Positions 39,325 through 53,030 are shown, counted from the first letter of the stretch. The stretch: 64,000 nt of DNA from Gemmatimonadaceae bacterium (GCA_045803545.1 JBJMOW010000002.1:1-64000), one strand, 5' to 3'. Made by a program: numbers and translations. Notes: generated from the sequence alone by a model not told the origin.

Positions 39325-40296
39325 ATGGCGCCCCTCAAGAAGATTCTTTTTGCCTGTTGTGTGCTGGCGGTCGCGGCACTCCCGTTCGCCTGCACCCAAA
39401 GCTCCACGTTTCTCGCGGAGAAGCCGCGGCACTATCCCGCTGATTCCGTCGAAGGCACGGCGCACAAGCTTGGCGTCGTCCAGGGTTTTTACGGGCCAGA
39501 GTCGGTGCGCTATTCGCCAGGACAGGATGTGTACTTCGTCTCTGTCATGAACGGACCCGGCTCGGAGAAAGACAACAACGGCTACATCGTCCAGATCGAC
39601 GCCGGAAACCTTGGAAGCGGCAAACTATTCGCGGTCGGCGGGAAGAACGGAGTCCATCTCGACGCGCCAAAAGGATTGGCAATCCACGGCGACACACTGT
39701 GGACGACTGACATTGACGTTCTGCGCGCGTTCGATCGCTGGACCGGCCGCTCACTCGGCGAAATCGACCTAAAGCCCTATCACGCTGTGCTGCTCAACGA
39801 CATCGCAGTCGGACCGGACGGGACCATCTACGTCACCGATACAGGCATCGACATGGCGAACATCGGCGTCATCTACCTCGGCGGGGACAAGGTCTTTGCC
39901 ATCGGCGCGAATCGTTCAATCAAAATCATCGCGCACGGAAACGTGCTCGGCCGGCCGAACGGGGTGACGTGGGATTCGGTACGAAAGGCGCCGGTGGTGG
40001 TCTCCTTCGATACCTGGCACAGTGAGGTTTACGCCTTGCATCCCGCAGACTCTACGCGATCCACCTTCGCCGTGGGAAAGGGAAGGTTCGACGGTATCGA
40101 GCCGGTCGGTGGTGGGAGATTCCTGGTGACGTGCTGGCAGGACTCGAGCGTGCACTTGTTCGGCAATCACCTCGACAAGCAGATCGTGCGCAACGTCCCG
40201 TCACCGGCTGACATCGGAATTGACACCAAACGCAACCGCCTGGCGATCCCAGTCGGCAACAATCGCGTCGAGTTCTGGGATCTGGCGGGCGTCTAG
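39325..40296 (+). CDS. SMP-30/gluconolactonase-like beta-propeller lipoprotein
   Basis: Lipobox-like PFAC; GFYGPESV, APKGLAI, LNDIAVGPDGTIYVTDTG, PNGV, FDGI, PADIG repeats. Confidence 0.75.
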   Translation: MAPLKKILFACCVLAVAALPFACTQSSTFLAEKPRHYPADSVEGTAHKLGVVQGFYGPESVRYSPGQDVYFVSVMNGPGSEKDNNGYIVQIDAGNLGSGKLFAVGGKNGVHLDAPKGLAIHGDTLWTTDIDVLRAFDRWTGRSLGEIDLKPYHAVLLNDIAVGPDGTIYVTDTGIDMANIGVIYLGGDKVFAIGANRSIKIIAHGNVLGRPNGVTWDSVRKAPVVVSFDTWHSEVYALHPADSTRSTFAVGKGRFDGIEPVGGGRFLVTCWQDSSVHLFGNHLDKQIVRNVPSPADIGIDTKRNRLAIPVGNNRVEFWDLAGV

Positions 40297-40317
40297 ACCC
40301 AACATAGATTCGCGGAG

Positions 40318-41451
40318 ATGAGCATCCGCGAATTCGAGATCGACAAGGACATTCGCCGTGCGTCGACGCTTCCCGCTCGCGTGTATTCCGATCCGGCTTA
40401 CTTCGAGCTGCAAAAGGATCGAGTCTTTGCACGCAGCTGGCAGTACGCGGGTGACTCCACTCGAGTGAAGGCGCCCGGGCGTGTCGCTCCCTTCACGCTG
40501 CTCGACGGATGTCTCAACGAGCCGCTGGTGCTGACCTCCGACGACGAAGGCGCGATGCGTTGTCTCTCCAATGTTTGCACCCACCGCGGTGCGATCGTCG
40601 TGGAAGGCGAAGGACATGCGCGCAATCTTCGCTGCAGGTATCACGGTCGGCGATTCGCGCTCGACGGAAAGTTCGTCTCGATGCCGGAGTTCGACACGAC
40701 CGTTGGATTTCCGTCGGAAAAGGACAATCTTCCGAGCCTGCCTCTCCAGAAGTTCGGCCCGATGCTGTTCACGGGCCTCGCACCTGAGATGTCGTTCGAC
40801 GAGTGGATCGCGCCGGTGCGTGAGCGTGTGTCATTCATGCCCCTCGATGCATTCACGCGGGATGCTTCGACGTCGCAGGATTATCTCATCAACGCCAACT
40901 GGGCGCTTTACTGCGACAACTATCTCGAAGAGTTTCACATTCCGTACGTGCACGCGGGGCTGGCCGAAAAGCTCGATTACTCCGGCTATCGTACCGAGCG
41001 ATTCAAGTACGGCAACCTGCAGCTCGGAATTGCCAAAGCGGGAGAGCCCGGATTCGCCCTTCCGTCCGATCATCCGAATGCAAGCGAGCGCGTCGGTGCG
41101 TTCTATTTCTGGCTGTTCCCCAACATCATGTTGAATTTTTATCCATGGGGATTGTCGTTGAACATTGTGGCGCCGCTCGAAGTAGGTCGCACGCGAGTGT
41201 CGTTCATCTCGTACGTGTGGGATGCGGCGCTGCGGGAGAGCGGTGTCGGCGCCGGCCTGCACCGCGTTGAGATGGAGGACGAAGAAGTCGTCGAGTCGGT
41301 GCAGCGCGGCGTACGATCCAGACTCTACGACCGCGGACGTTATTCCGAGCGCCGTGAGGTCGGCACTCATCACTTCCACGAATTGCTTGCCGACTTCATG
41401 AAGCGCCCACAAAGCGAAAACGGATCTTCGCGCCTGACGCCGCGCGCGTGA
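40318..41451 (+). CDS. Rieske non-heme iron oxygenase alpha subunit (choline monooxygenase-like)
   Basis: Rieske motif CTH...CRYH; mononuclear Fe motif DNYLEEFHIPYVH...ED. Confidence 0.9.
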   Translation: MSIREFEIDKDIRRASTLPARVYSDPAYFELQKDRVFARSWQYAGDSTRVKAPGRVAPFTLLDGCLNEPLVLTSDDEGAMRCLSNVCTHRGAIVVEGEGHARNLRCRYHGRRFALDGKFVSMPEFDTTVGFPSEKDNLPSLPLQKFGPMLFTGLAPEMSFDEWIAPVRERVSFMPLDAFTRDASTSQDYLINANWALYCDNYLEEFHIPYVHAGLAEKLDYSGYRTERFKYGNLQLGIAKAGEPGFALPSDHPNASERVGAFYFWLFPNIMLNFYPWGLSLNIVAPLEVGRTRVSFISYVWDAALRESGVGAGLHRVEMEDEEVVESVQRGVRSRLYDRGRYSERREVGTHHFHELLADFMKRPQSENGSSRLTPRA

Positions 41452-42803
41452 GCCAGCCCGCGACTTCGCGGGACGGCAACTCGGCGAAATCGAGCGGCGC
41501 CAGTCTTGGTCTGCTGGCGGTGCTTGGAGTGGTGTTCGGCATCTCAGTGACAGTTGGCAACAGCATTGGCTCCGGCATTCTGCGCACGCCCGGAGTCGTA
41601 GCTGAAAAACTGCCCACGCCGTTTCTGTTTCTCGCGGTCTGGGTTCTGGGCGGGCTATACGCTGCGCTCGGCGCAAACTCGCTCGCTGAGCTGGCGGCGA
41701 TGATGCCGGAGTCAGGCGGCTACACGGTATATCTGCGGCGCGCGATGGGGCCGTACGCAGGTTTCGTCATTGGCTGGAGCGATTGGCTGTCGACGTGCAG
41801 CAGCCTTGCGCTCGCCGCACTGGTGATCGGCGAGTACCTGGCGATCCTGCTCGGTCTCGCAAAGAATCTCACGTCCGCTTTTGCCATTGTCGTCATCGTC
41901 GTGTTCGCGCTCATTCAGCTGCGAGGCGTCAAGACCGGTAGCCTCGCGCAGAACATTACGGCGGTGGTCAAAGCACTCGCGTTCGCTGTTCTTATCGTCG
42001 CGTGCTTCGTGCTTGGTCACGGATTCGGCCGCGGAGCCACCAGCACACTGCCGACGGGTTTCCCATTTCTCGTGGCGTTCGTGCTGGCGATGCAGGCGGT
42101 GATCTTCACCTATGATGGCTGGAATGGAATCGTTTACTTCTCCGGGGAGCTGCGAAATCCTGATCGGGACATCCCGAGATCGATGTTCGGTGGCGTGGCA
42201 GCTGTCACTGTGATCTACCTGCTCGTCAACGCCGGCTTTCTATATGTACTGATGATTCCCCAGATGTCGGGACAGCCACTGGTGGCGGCGACAGCGGCGA
42301 ACGCCATCTTCGGCGCCAAAGGCGATACGGTGATTCGCGTGCTCACGATCGTCTCGCTGCTGAGCGCGGTGAATGCCTTCCAGTTGATGACCTCGCGCGT
42401 GCTGCACCGGCTGAGTGTGTTTGGATTCGTACCGTCAGCCGACTACGTCAATCGCGGAGGCACGCCGGTCGTTGCACTTCTACTGAGCGCGGCGGCGTGT
42501 CTGGTGATGGTGATCACGGGAACGCTCGAAATCGTCCTGGCCGTCACCGCGTTTCTGTTTGTCGCTCAGTACGCGCTGATCTTTACAACGGTATTCCTGC
42601 TGCGTCGGCGCGAGCCGGAAGCGCGCCGACCATTTCGCGCGATCGGCCATCCGTGGACAACCGGCCTCGTGCTGGCACTCTCGATTGCTTTTCTCGTCGG
42701 AGCGTTCTTCGCCGACACGAGGAACAGCATCTACTCGCTGATTTTATTGGCGGTGAGCTGGCCGATCTATCTAATGGTCCGGCCGAGATCGAGCGAGGCC
42801 TAA
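41448..42803 (+). CDS. APC family amino acid permease
   Basis: IGSGI, AELAAMMPESGG, FTYDGW, RPFRAIGHP; about 12 TM helices. Confidence 0.9.
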   Translation: MSQPATSRDGNSAKSSGASLGLLAVLGVVFGISVTVGNSIGSGILRTPGVVAEKLPTPFLFLAVWVLGGLYAALGANSLAELAAMMPESGGYTVYLRRAMGPYAGFVIGWSDWLSTCSSLALAALVIGEYLAILLGLAKNLTSAFAIVVIVVFALIQLRGVKTGSLAQNITAVVKALAFAVLIVACFVLGHGFGRGATSTLPTGFPFLVAFVLAMQAVIFTYDGWNGIVYFSGELRNPDRDIPRSMFGGVAAVTVIYLLVNAGFLYVLMIPQMSGQPLVAATAANAIFGAKGDTVIRVLTIVSLLSAVNAFQLMTSRVLHRLSVFGFVPSADYVNRGGTPVVALLLSAAACLVMVITGTLEIVLAVTAFLFVAQYALIFTTVFLLRRREPEARRPFRAIGHPWTTGLVLALSIAFLVGAFFADTRNSIYSLILLAVSWPIYLMVRPRSSEA

Positions 42804-44311
42804 TCCTCGATCGCGGGCTGTGACGAAAGTTTCGCGCGCGACGGGCACGCCGGTGGAGCCCACGTTTTGAGAGCTTCGCTGGCGGCCGCTACGCTCCGGT
42901 TCCATTCGAACCAGCGTCTCTCTCCTGGACCGCGACGACAAGCGAGTCGCATCTCAATGGTGTCGCGCTGGGGCTGCGGAATTTCAGGGAGTCGCTTGAT
43001 CAGCGTCGGCGTTGCATCGGGTGAGAGCGTGGCGAGGTAAAACGCGTCGAATTTGCCACCGCTTGTAACGCGATCGACGTTTCGATTGACGATCCACGCC
43101 TGAAAGTTCCAGAACACCAGCACGGTGAATGCACCCAGCGCGAGCTCGGCGACTCTGCGCCCAAAGGAAACCGAGATAGATCCGCGACTGATCTCCCATG
43201 CCAGCGCAGCGAGCGCAAGCCCCATCGCCAGCATATAAACCTGAGCGAACAGACGCGCCTCGGTAAACCCGTACGCATCTTCGTAAAGCAGCACACGACG
43301 AAAGGCCATCACAAGAATCAATTCCAGTGCGATCAGCAGCGCGAAATCCAGACGTCGCAGCGTTGCGCGATCGTGAGCAGCAAGATCGGCGGGACGCGTG
43401 TACTCGAGAATGATTATGATCGCGCCGACAATCGTTACGGCGAAAGAGAGCTCACCAAATCCGCGACGGGCGAACTCGGCGAAGGTTACGCCGGTGCCGA
43501 GTGCTGCCGGTGGGGGATGGACCAAATACGAAACCTGCAGCGCGACGAACAGCCACAGGATCACTGCCGTGCTCCACAACACCATGCGTTGTTCCGTCAT
43601 CCCAACCGATATGCGAACAGGCGCGGTCGGAAACGGTGGAAGTCGCAGAGACAACTGGCGGATTGCGAGGGCGTTTGCGCCGAGGGTAACCGCTAACAGG
43701 AACAGGGAGAAGACGAGGCGCGGAGGGAACGACCAATCGGGTAACCACGACGTGATGCGGTCGGTACCCCAGCTGATGATTGGATCAGCGCTCGCCAGTA
43801 ACGCGACGAGGACGATGACGAGTGGCACCGTGATCAGACCACCTCTGATCAAAGCCCGCGAGCGAGGTGAGGCAACTGACCGTGGCGCTGCGGCCACTTC
43901 CTGCGCAGACATGCCGAACACACGAAACGGCGCGAGGAAGGGAACAGCTGCCAACAACCTCGCGGAGAGGTCGGCCCATCGCTCAGCGCCGAGCGTGATG
44001 ACGGCGAGCCCGAGCAACATGGCGTCGGACAGTATGATGAAGAACGGGAATGGATCGGTTCTGGTCAGCGCGAAGCCAAAGCTGAGGATCGTTGCCCAAC
44101 TGCACAGGATGAGTAGCGGGACTTCGACGCGGCCGATGGCCGAATAGCGCGCGAGGATAAGGGAGCCCGAGGCGGCCGCAACCCAAATTGGCCAGTTGAT
44201 GCCGGGGTCGGCGGAGAAGAGGATTGTGGCGCCGAGTGCAGCGGTGATAATGGCGCAAATCCAGGCGGTTTTGGTGGAGCGAGGCTGATCAGTAGGTGAT
44301 GTCATGGTCAA
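42800..44311 (-). CDS. DUF4173/DUF4153-like polytopic membrane protein
   Basis: LLASADP, AEFARRGFGEL, RVLLYEDAYGFTEARL, YLATLSPDA, WFEWN motifs. Confidence 0.7.
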   Translation of the reverse strand: MTMTSPTDQPRSTKTAWICAIITAALGATILFSADPGINWPIWVAAASGSLILARYSAIGRVEVPLLILCSWATILSFGFALTRTDPFPFFIILSDAMLLGLAVITLGAERWADLSARLLAAVPFLAPFRVFGMSAQEVAAAPRSVASPRSRALIRGGLITVPLVIVLVALLASADPIISWGTDRITSWLPDWSFPPRLVFSLFLLAVTLGANALAIRQLSLRLPPFPTAPVRISVGMTEQRMVLWSTAVILWLFVALQVSYLVHPPPAALGTGVTFAEFARRGFGELSFAVTIVGAIIIILEYTRPADLAAHDRATLRRLDFALLIALELILVMAFRRVLLYEDAYGFTEARLFAQVYMLAMGLALAALAWEISRGSISVSFGRRVAELALGAFTVLVFWNFQAWIVNRNVDRVTSGGKFDAFYLATLSPDATPTLIKRLPEIPQPQRDTIEMRLACRRGPGERRWFEWNRSVAAASEALKTWAPPACPSRAKLSSQPAIED

Positions 44312-44428
44312 GTAAGACGAATGTAGAGTACTTTATGTCACAAAGCTCAGTCGCGCAAGCCATCAAACGACGACCGCAACCCCAAAAGGCGCGGCCGCCA
44401 GCCTATAGTTTTTTCGTAGTTCGTTGCC

Positions 44429-44456
44429 TTGACTTAGCTGGCTAGCCGAATACCTT
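44429..44456 (+). promoter_or_regulatory. Putative fusA promoter
   Basis: TTGACT-N16-TACCTT, resembling the rpsL promoter. Confidence 0.5.
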
Positions 44457-44462
44457 TCCAAG

Positions 44463-44719
44463 GCTATGGCTGACCGCGCTTTAGCGCGCGAGGTCATGCA
44501 GAAAAATTCAATCGCCACGAAGTGTGTGGCGCGCCTCGAGTCCCCGCTCGCGAAACAGCTGCGAGCGCACCCGGCGGCAGCGGATGGATACCGGTCCCGA
44601 CGGGACGGCTGGTCCACCCGCGTTTTTGTTGACCCAAGTCTGCGCGCAACCGCAGGCGCAGGACCAGAACGCTGAGCGTCGCCTACCGGCGACTTCACAT
44701 AGAGAGACCTTCGAAGCTT
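44463..44719 (+). ncRNA. Candidate structured 5' leader of the fusA-tuf-S10-spc operon
   Basis: At least five hairpins, one followed by gtttttgtt; function inferred only. Confidence 0.4.
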
Positions 44720-46819
<2,100 letters not shown>

Positions 46820-46822
46820 GAA

Positions 46823-48016
46823 ATGTCCAAAGCCAAATTCGAGCGCACGAAGCCGCACGTAAACGTTGGAACGATCGGCCACGTCGATCACGGTAAGACC
46901 ACATTGACCGCTGCCATCACGGCGATCCAGGCCAAGAAGGGACTGGCTCAGTCGGTGGCCTTCGATCAGATCGATAAGGCTCCGGAAGAGCGCGAGCGCG
47001 GTATCACGATCGCGACCGCTCACGTCGAGTACGAGAGCGAGAAGCGGCACTACGCGCACGTCGACTGCCCGGGACACGCCGATTATGTGAAGAACATGAT
47101 CACGGGTGCCGCCCAGATGGACGGCGCTATTCTCGTCGTATCTGCGGCTGACGGCCCGATGCCTCAGACCAGAGAGCACATCTTGCTCGCCAAGCAGGTG
47201 AACGTGCCCTACATCATCGTGTTCATGAACAAGGTGGACATGGTCGACGACCCGGAGCTCCTGGACCTGGTCGAGCTGGAGGTGCGTGAGTTGCTCTCGA
47301 GCTACGACTTCCCGGGCGACGACACCCCGATCATCAAGGGGAGCGCACTAAAGGCTCTGGAGTCAGGGGATCCCAACTCGGAGTACGGTAAGAAGATCGG
47401 CGAGCTGATGGATGCGCTGGACTCTTATATCCCGCAGCCCAAGCGTGAGACCGATAAGCCGTTCCTGATGCCCGTGGAAGACGTGTTCTCGATCACTGGG
47501 CGCGGTACGGTGGCGACGGGGAGAATCGAGAAGGGCAAGATCAAGGTGGGCGAGGAAGTGGCGCTTATCGGCTTCGGCTCGGACAAGAAGACGGTCATCA
47601 CTGGGGTCGAGATGTTCAGGAAGCTTCTGGACGACGGCCAGGCAGGTGACAACGTCGGTCTCTTGCTTCGTGGTATCGACAAGAACGATGTGGAGCGTGG
47701 GATGGTGCTGGCCAAGACGGGTAGCATCACGCCGCACACCAAGTACAACGCCGAGGTTTACGTGTTGACCAAGGAAGAGGGCGGCAGACACACGCCGTTC
47801 TTCAAGGGTTATCGTCCCCAGTTCTACTTTAGAACTACGGACGTGACGGGAAGTGTTGAGCTGCCGGAAGGTATGGAGATGGTGATGCCGGGTGACAACG
47901 TTCAGATGACGATCGAGCTCATAACACCGATCGCGATGGACGAAGGCCTCCGCTTCGCGATCAGAGAAGGCGGCAGAACGGTTGGCGCTGGCGTAGTCAC
48001 CAAGATTCTCAAGTAA
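46823..48016 (+). CDS. tuf: Elongation factor Tu
   Basis: [42 protein letters not shown]. Confidence 0.99.
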   Translation: MSKAKFERTKPHVNVGTIGHVDHGKTTLTAAITAIQAKKGLAQSVAFDQIDKAPEERERGITIATAHVEYESEKRHYAHVDCPGHADYVKNMITGAAQMDGAILVVSAADGPMPQTREHILLAKQVNVPYIIVFMNKVDMVDDPELLDLVELEVRELLSSYDFPGDDTPIIKGSALKALESGDPNSEYGKKIGELMDALDSYIPQPKRETDKPFLMPVEDVFSITGRGTVATGRIEKGKIKVGEEVALIGFGSDKKTVITGVEMFRKLLDDGQAGDNVGLLLRGIDKNDVERGMVLAKTGSITPHTKYNAEVYVLTKEEGGRHTPFFKGYRPQFYFRTTDVTGSVELPEGMEMVMPGDNVQMTIELITPIAMDEGLRFAIREGGRTVGAGVVTKILK

Positions 48017-48040
48017 CGCAAACAAACTCGAGAGACAGTT

Positions 48041-48349
48041 ATGGCAGGAAGAATTCGAATTCGGCTTAAGGCGTTTGACCACGCCGTCATCGACCAGGCG
48101 TCAGCGGACATCGTCCGCACCGCCGAGAAGACGGGCGCGCAGGTCAGTGGTCCGATTCCTTTGCCGACAAAGACGAAGCGCTGGACCGTTCTCCGCTCGC
48201 CGCACGTCGACAAAAAGTCGCGCGAGCAGTTCGAGCTCAAGACGCACAAGCGTTTGATCGACATCCTTGATTCACGCGCGGCAACTGTGGATGCGCTGAC
48301 CAAGCTCGATCTTCCTGCCGGCGTCGACGTCGAAATCAAGGTCGAGTAA
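48041..48349 (+). CDS. rpsJ: 30S ribosomal protein uS10
   Basis: [23 protein letters not shown]. Confidence 0.99.
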   Translation: MAGRIRIRLKAFDHAVIDQASADIVRTAEKTGAQVSGPIPLPTKTKRWTVLRSPHVDKKSREQFELKTHKRLIDILDSRAATVDALTKLDLPAGVDVEIKVE

Positions 48350-48387
48350 CGGTCCACTGACACGAATTGCGAACTGTTAGAGGGTAA

Positions 48388-49077
48388 ATGATAGGAATAA
48401 TTGGTCGTAAGTTGGGGATGACCCAGATCTTCAATGAAGAGGGACAGCAGATTCCTTGCACCGTGGTGGAGGCGACTCCGAACTCGGTGACGCGGATTCT
48501 GAAGAAGGATCAGGCTGGCTACGAGTCCGTCGAGCTTGGCTTTGGCGAGCAGCGTCACGCCCGCGAGTCGAAGAAAGGCGAGCGCACTCCGCGCGGCCGT
48601 CGCGCCCACAAGGCGATCGTCGGTCACGCCGCCAAGTCTGGCCTGCAGACCGCGCCCGCTCACTTCCGCAGCTTCCGTCTCGACGACGCGATGCTGCCGG
48701 ACAACAAAAAGAACGTCCCGACTTTCAATCTTGGCGACAAGATCACGGTCGAGATCTTCGCAGCTGGCGAGCAGGTGAAGGTCACCGGAACTTCGAAAGG
48801 TCGCGGATTCCAGGGCGTCGTAAAGCGTTACGGATTCCACGGCGGACCCAACACTCACGGCAACACGAAGCACCGTCGTCCTGGCTCAATCGGCCCCGGC
48901 ACCGATCCGTCGCGTGTCATCAAGGGCAAGAAGATGCCTGGTCACTATGGCGCTGAGCGTCACACGCAGACGCACCTTCGTGTCGAGCGCATCGATGCCG
49001 CACGCAATCTCATCTACATCCGCGGCTCCGTCGCCGGTCCGACGAACGGAATCGTGATGATCAGGAAGCAAGGCTAA
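48388..49077 (+). CDS. rplC: 50S ribosomal protein uL3
   Basis: [30 protein letters not shown]. Confidence 0.99.
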   Translation: MIGIIGRKLGMTQIFNEEGQQIPCTVVEATPNSVTRILKKDQAGYESVELGFGEQRHARESKKGERTPRGRRAHKAIVGHAAKSGLQTAPAHFRSFRLDDAMLPDNKKNVPTFNLGDKITVEIFAAGEQVKVTGTSKGRGFQGVVKRYGFHGGPNTHGNTKHRRPGSIGPGTDPSRVIKGKKMPGHYGAERHTQTHLRVERIDAARNLIYIRGSVAGPTNGIVMIRKQG

Positions 49078-49916
49078 TGGCAGAGACTGCTACGCAAACA
49101 CTGAAAGCTCCGGCGTACACCGCCGGCGGCACCGAGCGCGAGCGCGTCGATCTTCCGGGCGATCTGTTCGACGGAACAATCAACATGCCGGTGATGCACC
49201 AGGCGGTGAAGGCGTTCCTTGCCAACCAGCGCCTCGGCCTCGCCTACACTCGGACGCGCGGTCTTGTCACCGGTGGTAATCAGAAGCCGTGGAAGCAGAA
49301 GGGAACCGGCCGCGCCCGTCAGGGCTCGCGCCGCGCTCCGAACTGGCCGGGCGGTGGAACTGTCTTCGGTCCGACCGGTCGCAAATACGGCCAGACGGTG
49401 CCGCGCCAGATCCGCGCCCTCGCTCGCAAGAGCGCTCTGAACGCGCGTGCGCGCGAGAATGCGCTGATCGTGATCGACAACTTCAACTACGACGCGCCGA
49501 GCACGAAGCAGCTCGTTTCTCTGATCGGTGCGCTGGGAGTTGCCGAGAAGAAAATTCTCGTTCTCACCGACGGCCTGAAGCAGAACGTGTTTTTGAGCGG
49601 ACGCAATCTGCAACGCGTCCACGTGATGCCGTACTCCGACGTCTCCACCTATCACATTCTCTGGTCCGACGTCGTGCTGATCGAGGCGAACGCACTCGGT
49701 TATGCGCTCGAGGCAGTTGAGGAGAAGCGGGAAGCGGGAGGCGGGAAGCGGGAAGCGGTCACGCGGGAGGCGGGAGGCAGGAAGCGGGAAGCGAAGGTGC
49801 CGAAGAAGTCCGCTCGCAAAGCTGCAAAGGCTGAAGCCAAGGCGTCGAAGCCGAAGGGCAAGGCCGCCAAGAAGTCGTCGGCAAAAAAATCCGGCGCCAA
49901 AAAGAAAGGGAAGTAG
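49077..49916 (+). CDS. rplD: 50S ribosomal protein uL4 with basic C-terminal extension
   Basis: KPWKQKGTGRARQGS, GGGTVFGP; Lys/Ala-rich tail. Confidence 0.98.
   Translation: MAETATQTLKAPAYTAGGTERERVDLPGDLFDGTINMPVMHQAVKAFLANQRLGLAYTRTRGLVTGGNQKPWKQKGTGRARQGSRRAPNWPGGGTVFGPTGRKYGQTVPRQIRALARKSALNARARENALIVIDNFNYDAPSTKQLVSLIGALGVAEKKILVLTDGLKQNVFLSGRNLQRVHVMPYSDVSTYHILWSDVVLIEANALGYALEAVEEKREAGGGKREAVTREAGGRKREAKVPKKSARKAAKAEAKASKPKGKAAKKSSAKKSGAKKKGK
49723..49793 (+). repeat. Heptamer tandem array (GGARGCG) inside rplD
   Basis: agaagcg ggaagcg ggaggcg ggaagcg ggaagcg gtcacgcg ggaggcg ggaggca ggaagcg ggaagcg. Confidence 0.9.
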
Positions 49917-49919
49917 CTA

Positions 49920-50210
49920 ATGCCGACTATTACTGAAACAATCGTCACTCCGATCGTCACCGAGCAGACCTCGGGGTCGTACCAGGATCGCGGCGAGTAC
50001 ACGTTCCGGGTTCATCCGAAAGCGACCAAGACGCAGATCAGAATCGCGATCGAGGAGCTCTTCAACGTGACGGTCACCGGCGTCTGGACCTCGAACCATC
50101 GCGGCAAGAACCGTCGCGTGGGTCAGCAGGTTGGACGTCGTCCACATTGGAAAAAAGCAATCGTGACGCTGAAAGAAGGCGATTCGATTGAAATCTTCGA
50201 GGGCGCGTAA
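49920..50210 (+). CDS. rplW: 50S ribosomal protein uL23
   Basis: PIVTE, YTFRVHPKATK, WKKAIVTL. Confidence 0.98.
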   Translation: MPTITETIVTPIVTEQTSGSYQDRGEYTFRVHPKATKTQIRIAIEELFNVTVTGVWTSNHRGKNRRVGQQVGRRPHWKKAIVTLKEGDSIEIFEGA

Positions 50211-50213
50211 GCA

Positions 50214-51044
50214 ATGGGCATTCGTCAGTTCAAGCCTGTAACCAAGAGCTCGCGGTTTCGCTCGGTTTCCGATTTCTCGGAGATCACGCGCGACCACGGC
50301 GAGAAGTCGCTGATGGAGCCGATCAAGAAGAGCGGCGGCCGCGACAATCACGGCCACATCGCGATGCGTCGCATTGGCGGTGGTCACAAGCGCATGTACC
50401 GCATCATCGATTTCAAGCGCAACAAGTTCAACATGGCGGCGACGGTGCGTGAGATCGAGTACGATCCGAATCGCACGGCGCGCATTGCGCTCGTCGAGTA
50501 TGAGGATGGTGAGAAGCGATACATCATCCACCCGAAAGGTCTCTCTGTCGGCGACAAGATCGTTTCCGGGCCCGGCTCCGATAGCCGCGTCGGTAACACA
50601 CTGCCGCTTCGTGAGATTCCGCTCGGCACCGACGTTCACAACGTCGAACTGAAGCCGGGCAAGGGCGGGCAGCTGGCGCGCTCCGCTGGAACGGCGCTCG
50701 AGGTGGTCGCAAAGGAAGGAGACTACGTCACGCTGCGCATGGCTTCGACCGAGACCCGCATGATCCACGGCAACTGCCTGGCGACCATCGGAACTGTCGG
50801 CAACGCCGAGCACGAGCTGATGTCGCACGGAAAAGCCGGCAAGAGTCGCTGGCTGGGCAAGCGGCCGAAGGTACGCGGTGAAGTGATGAACCCGGTCGAT
50901 CATCCGCACGGTGGTCGTACTCGCGGCGGACGCAACGTCGTGGATCCCTGGGGCAACAAGGAAGGCGTGAAAACTCGCAAGCACAAGAAACCATCGCAGC
51001 GCCTGATCGTTCGCGGTCGGAAGCGCGGCAAGGCAACGCAGTAA
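50214..51044 (+). CDS. rplB: 50S ribosomal protein uL2
   Basis: [23 protein letters not shown]. Confidence 0.99.
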   Translation: MGIRQFKPVTKSSRFRSVSDFSEITRDHGEKSLMEPIKKSGGRDNHGHIAMRRIGGGHKRMYRIIDFKRNKFNMAATVREIEYDPNRTARIALVEYEDGEKRYIIHPKGLSVGDKIVSGPGSDSRVGNTLPLREIPLGTDVHNVELKPGKGGQLARSAGTALEVVAKEGDYVTLRMASTETRMIHGNCLATIGTVGNAEHELMSHGKAGKSRWLGKRPKVRGEVMNPVDHPHGGRTRGGRNVVDPWGNKEGVKTRKHKKPSQRLIVRGRKRGKATQ

Positions 51045-51063
51045 CCAATTCTGAGAATCGAAT

Positions 51064-51429
51064 ATGGCAAGAAGTATTAAGAAAGGTCCGTACGTCGAAG
51101 ATTCGCTGATGACCAAGGTCTCGGCGATGAACAGCAGAAACGAGAAGCGGGTGATCAAGACCTGGGCGCGCTCGAGCACGATCGTGCCTGACTTCGTCGG
51201 TCACACCTTCGCGGTTCACAACGGCAACAAGTTCATTCCCGTGTACGTGACGGAGAACATGGTCGGGCACAAGCTCGGCGAGTTCGCTCCGACGCGTCTG
51301 TTCCGTGGTCACACCGGTGCGGTAAAGGCGACCGATAAAAAGGTCGCCGGCGTTCCAACCGGCGGTCCTGGTGCTGCTGCACCGGCGCCGTCAGGCACGC
51401 CCGCCAAGGGCACCCCGGCGGTCAAATGA
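51064..51429 (+). CDS. rpsS: 30S ribosomal protein uS19
   Basis: [20 protein letters not shown]; Pro/Ala/Gly tail. Confidence 0.99.
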   Translation: MARSIKKGPYVEDSLMTKVSAMNSRNEKRVIKTWARSSTIVPDFVGHTFAVHNGNKFIPVYVTENMVGHKLGEFAPTRLFRGHTGAVKATDKKVAGVPTGGPGAAAPAPSGTPAKGTPAVK

Positions 51430-51929
51430 GCGAGAGATCGAGAGTTCGCGCGGCGCGTCACGCCGCCGAGAGGAAGGGAGTGTCGAGCGCCATTCAGCGC
51501 ACGACACGCCAGTCGCCTTACAAGATGCGCCTGGTGATCGATCAGATCCGCGGCAAGGATGTCAACGAGGCGCTCGGTCTTCTCCGTTTCTCGAAGAAGT
51601 TCGCGGCGAAGCAGATCGAGAAGGTGCTGACTTCCGCTGTCGCCAACGCGGAGTATCGCTCGCGGAATGAAAACGAGTCGGTCGATGTCGACACGTTGTT
51701 CATCAAGCATGCGATTGTGAACGAGGGTCCCGCGCTGCGTCGGTTCATGCCGGCGGCGCAGGGACGCGCAACGCCGATCAGAAAGAGAACGAGCCACGTC
51801 GAGATCGTGCTCGACGCTCGTGAGGAAAAGCCACGCGTGGCGCGCACCACTCGCAAGACCGAGAGCGCGCCGAGCAAGGCCGAGGCTTCGACCAAGAAGA
51901 GTTCCCGCGCTTCAGGGAGTAAAAAGTAA
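51426..51929 (+). CDS. rplV: 50S ribosomal protein uL22
   Basis: [28 protein letters not shown]. Confidence 0.98.
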   Translation: MSERSRVRAARHAAERKGVSSAIQRTTRQSPYKMRLVIDQIRGKDVNEALGLLRFSKKFAAKQIEKVLTSAVANAEYRSRNENESVDVDTLFIKHAIVNEGPALRRFMPAAQGRATPIRKRTSHVEIVLDAREEKPRVARTTRKTESAPSKAEASTKKSSRASGSKK

Positions 51930-52589
51930 ATGGGTCAGAAAACACATCCGATCGGATTCCGTCTCGGCGTCTCCAAGACCTGGAGGTCGCAGTGGTACGC
52001 GAATCGTGATTTCCCGGCACTGCTTCGTGAAGACGAGCTGCTGCGCAAATACTTGAAGGCGCGTTTGGGTCACGCGGCGATTGCCGACATCCGCATCGAG
52101 CGGAAACCGGGCAAGGTCGTCGTCACGATCCATACCGGCCGTCCGGGCGTCGTGATCGGCAAGAAGGGCGCTGAAGTCGATCAGCTGCGCGATGAGCTGA
52201 ATAAGCTCACCGGCAAGGAAGTCGGCATCAACGTCGAGGAGATCAAGCGTCCCGAGCTCGATGCGCAGCTCGTCGCCGACAACATCGCCAATCAGTTGGC
52301 GCAGCGTATCTCGTTCCGTCGCGCGATGAAGCGGGCGGTGCAGAGCGCAATGCGCATGGGCGCCGGCGGAATCAAGATCAAGACCGGTGGACGTCTGGGC
52401 GGCGCCGAAATCGCGCGCGTCGAGGGATATCACGAGGGTCGTGTTCCCCTTCACACACTGCGCGCGGACATCGACTACGCGACGTCGACCGCGAAGACCA
52501 CCTTCGGCACCATCGGTGTGAAGGTCTGGATCTTCAAAGGCGAGATCGTCGAAGATCGCCGCGGCAAGACTTACTCGACTGGCGTCTAA
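51930..52589 (+). CDS. rpsC: 30S ribosomal protein uS3
   Basis: [27 protein letters not shown]. Confidence 0.99.
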   Translation: MGQKTHPIGFRLGVSKTWRSQWYANRDFPALLREDELLRKYLKARLGHAAIADIRIERKPGKVVVTIHTGRPGVVIGKKGAEVDQLRDELNKLTGKEVGINVEEIKRPELDAQLVADNIANQLAQRISFRRAMKRAVQSAMRMGAGGIKIKTGGRLGGAEIARVEGYHEGRVPLHTLRADIDYATSTAKTTFGTIGVKVWIFKGEIVEDRRGKTYSTGV

Positions 52590-52601
52590 GGAGATTCGAA
52601 A

Positions 52602-53019
<418 letters not shown>

Positions 53020-53030
<11 letters not shown>

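Noticed and set aside
44466..44675. 69-aa ORF upstream of fusA as a standalone gene
   Set aside because: No RBS or recognisable motif; better explained as part of the structured leader and kept only as a possible uORF
3255..44719. The two inserts as prophage or integrative element
   Set aside because: No integrase, transposase, phage genes or att-like direct repeats were seen, and composition looks similar to the flanking core genes by eye
49723..49793. Heptamer arrays as CRISPR
   Set aside because: Units are 7 nt, contiguous, inside coding sequence, without spacers, and no cas genes are present
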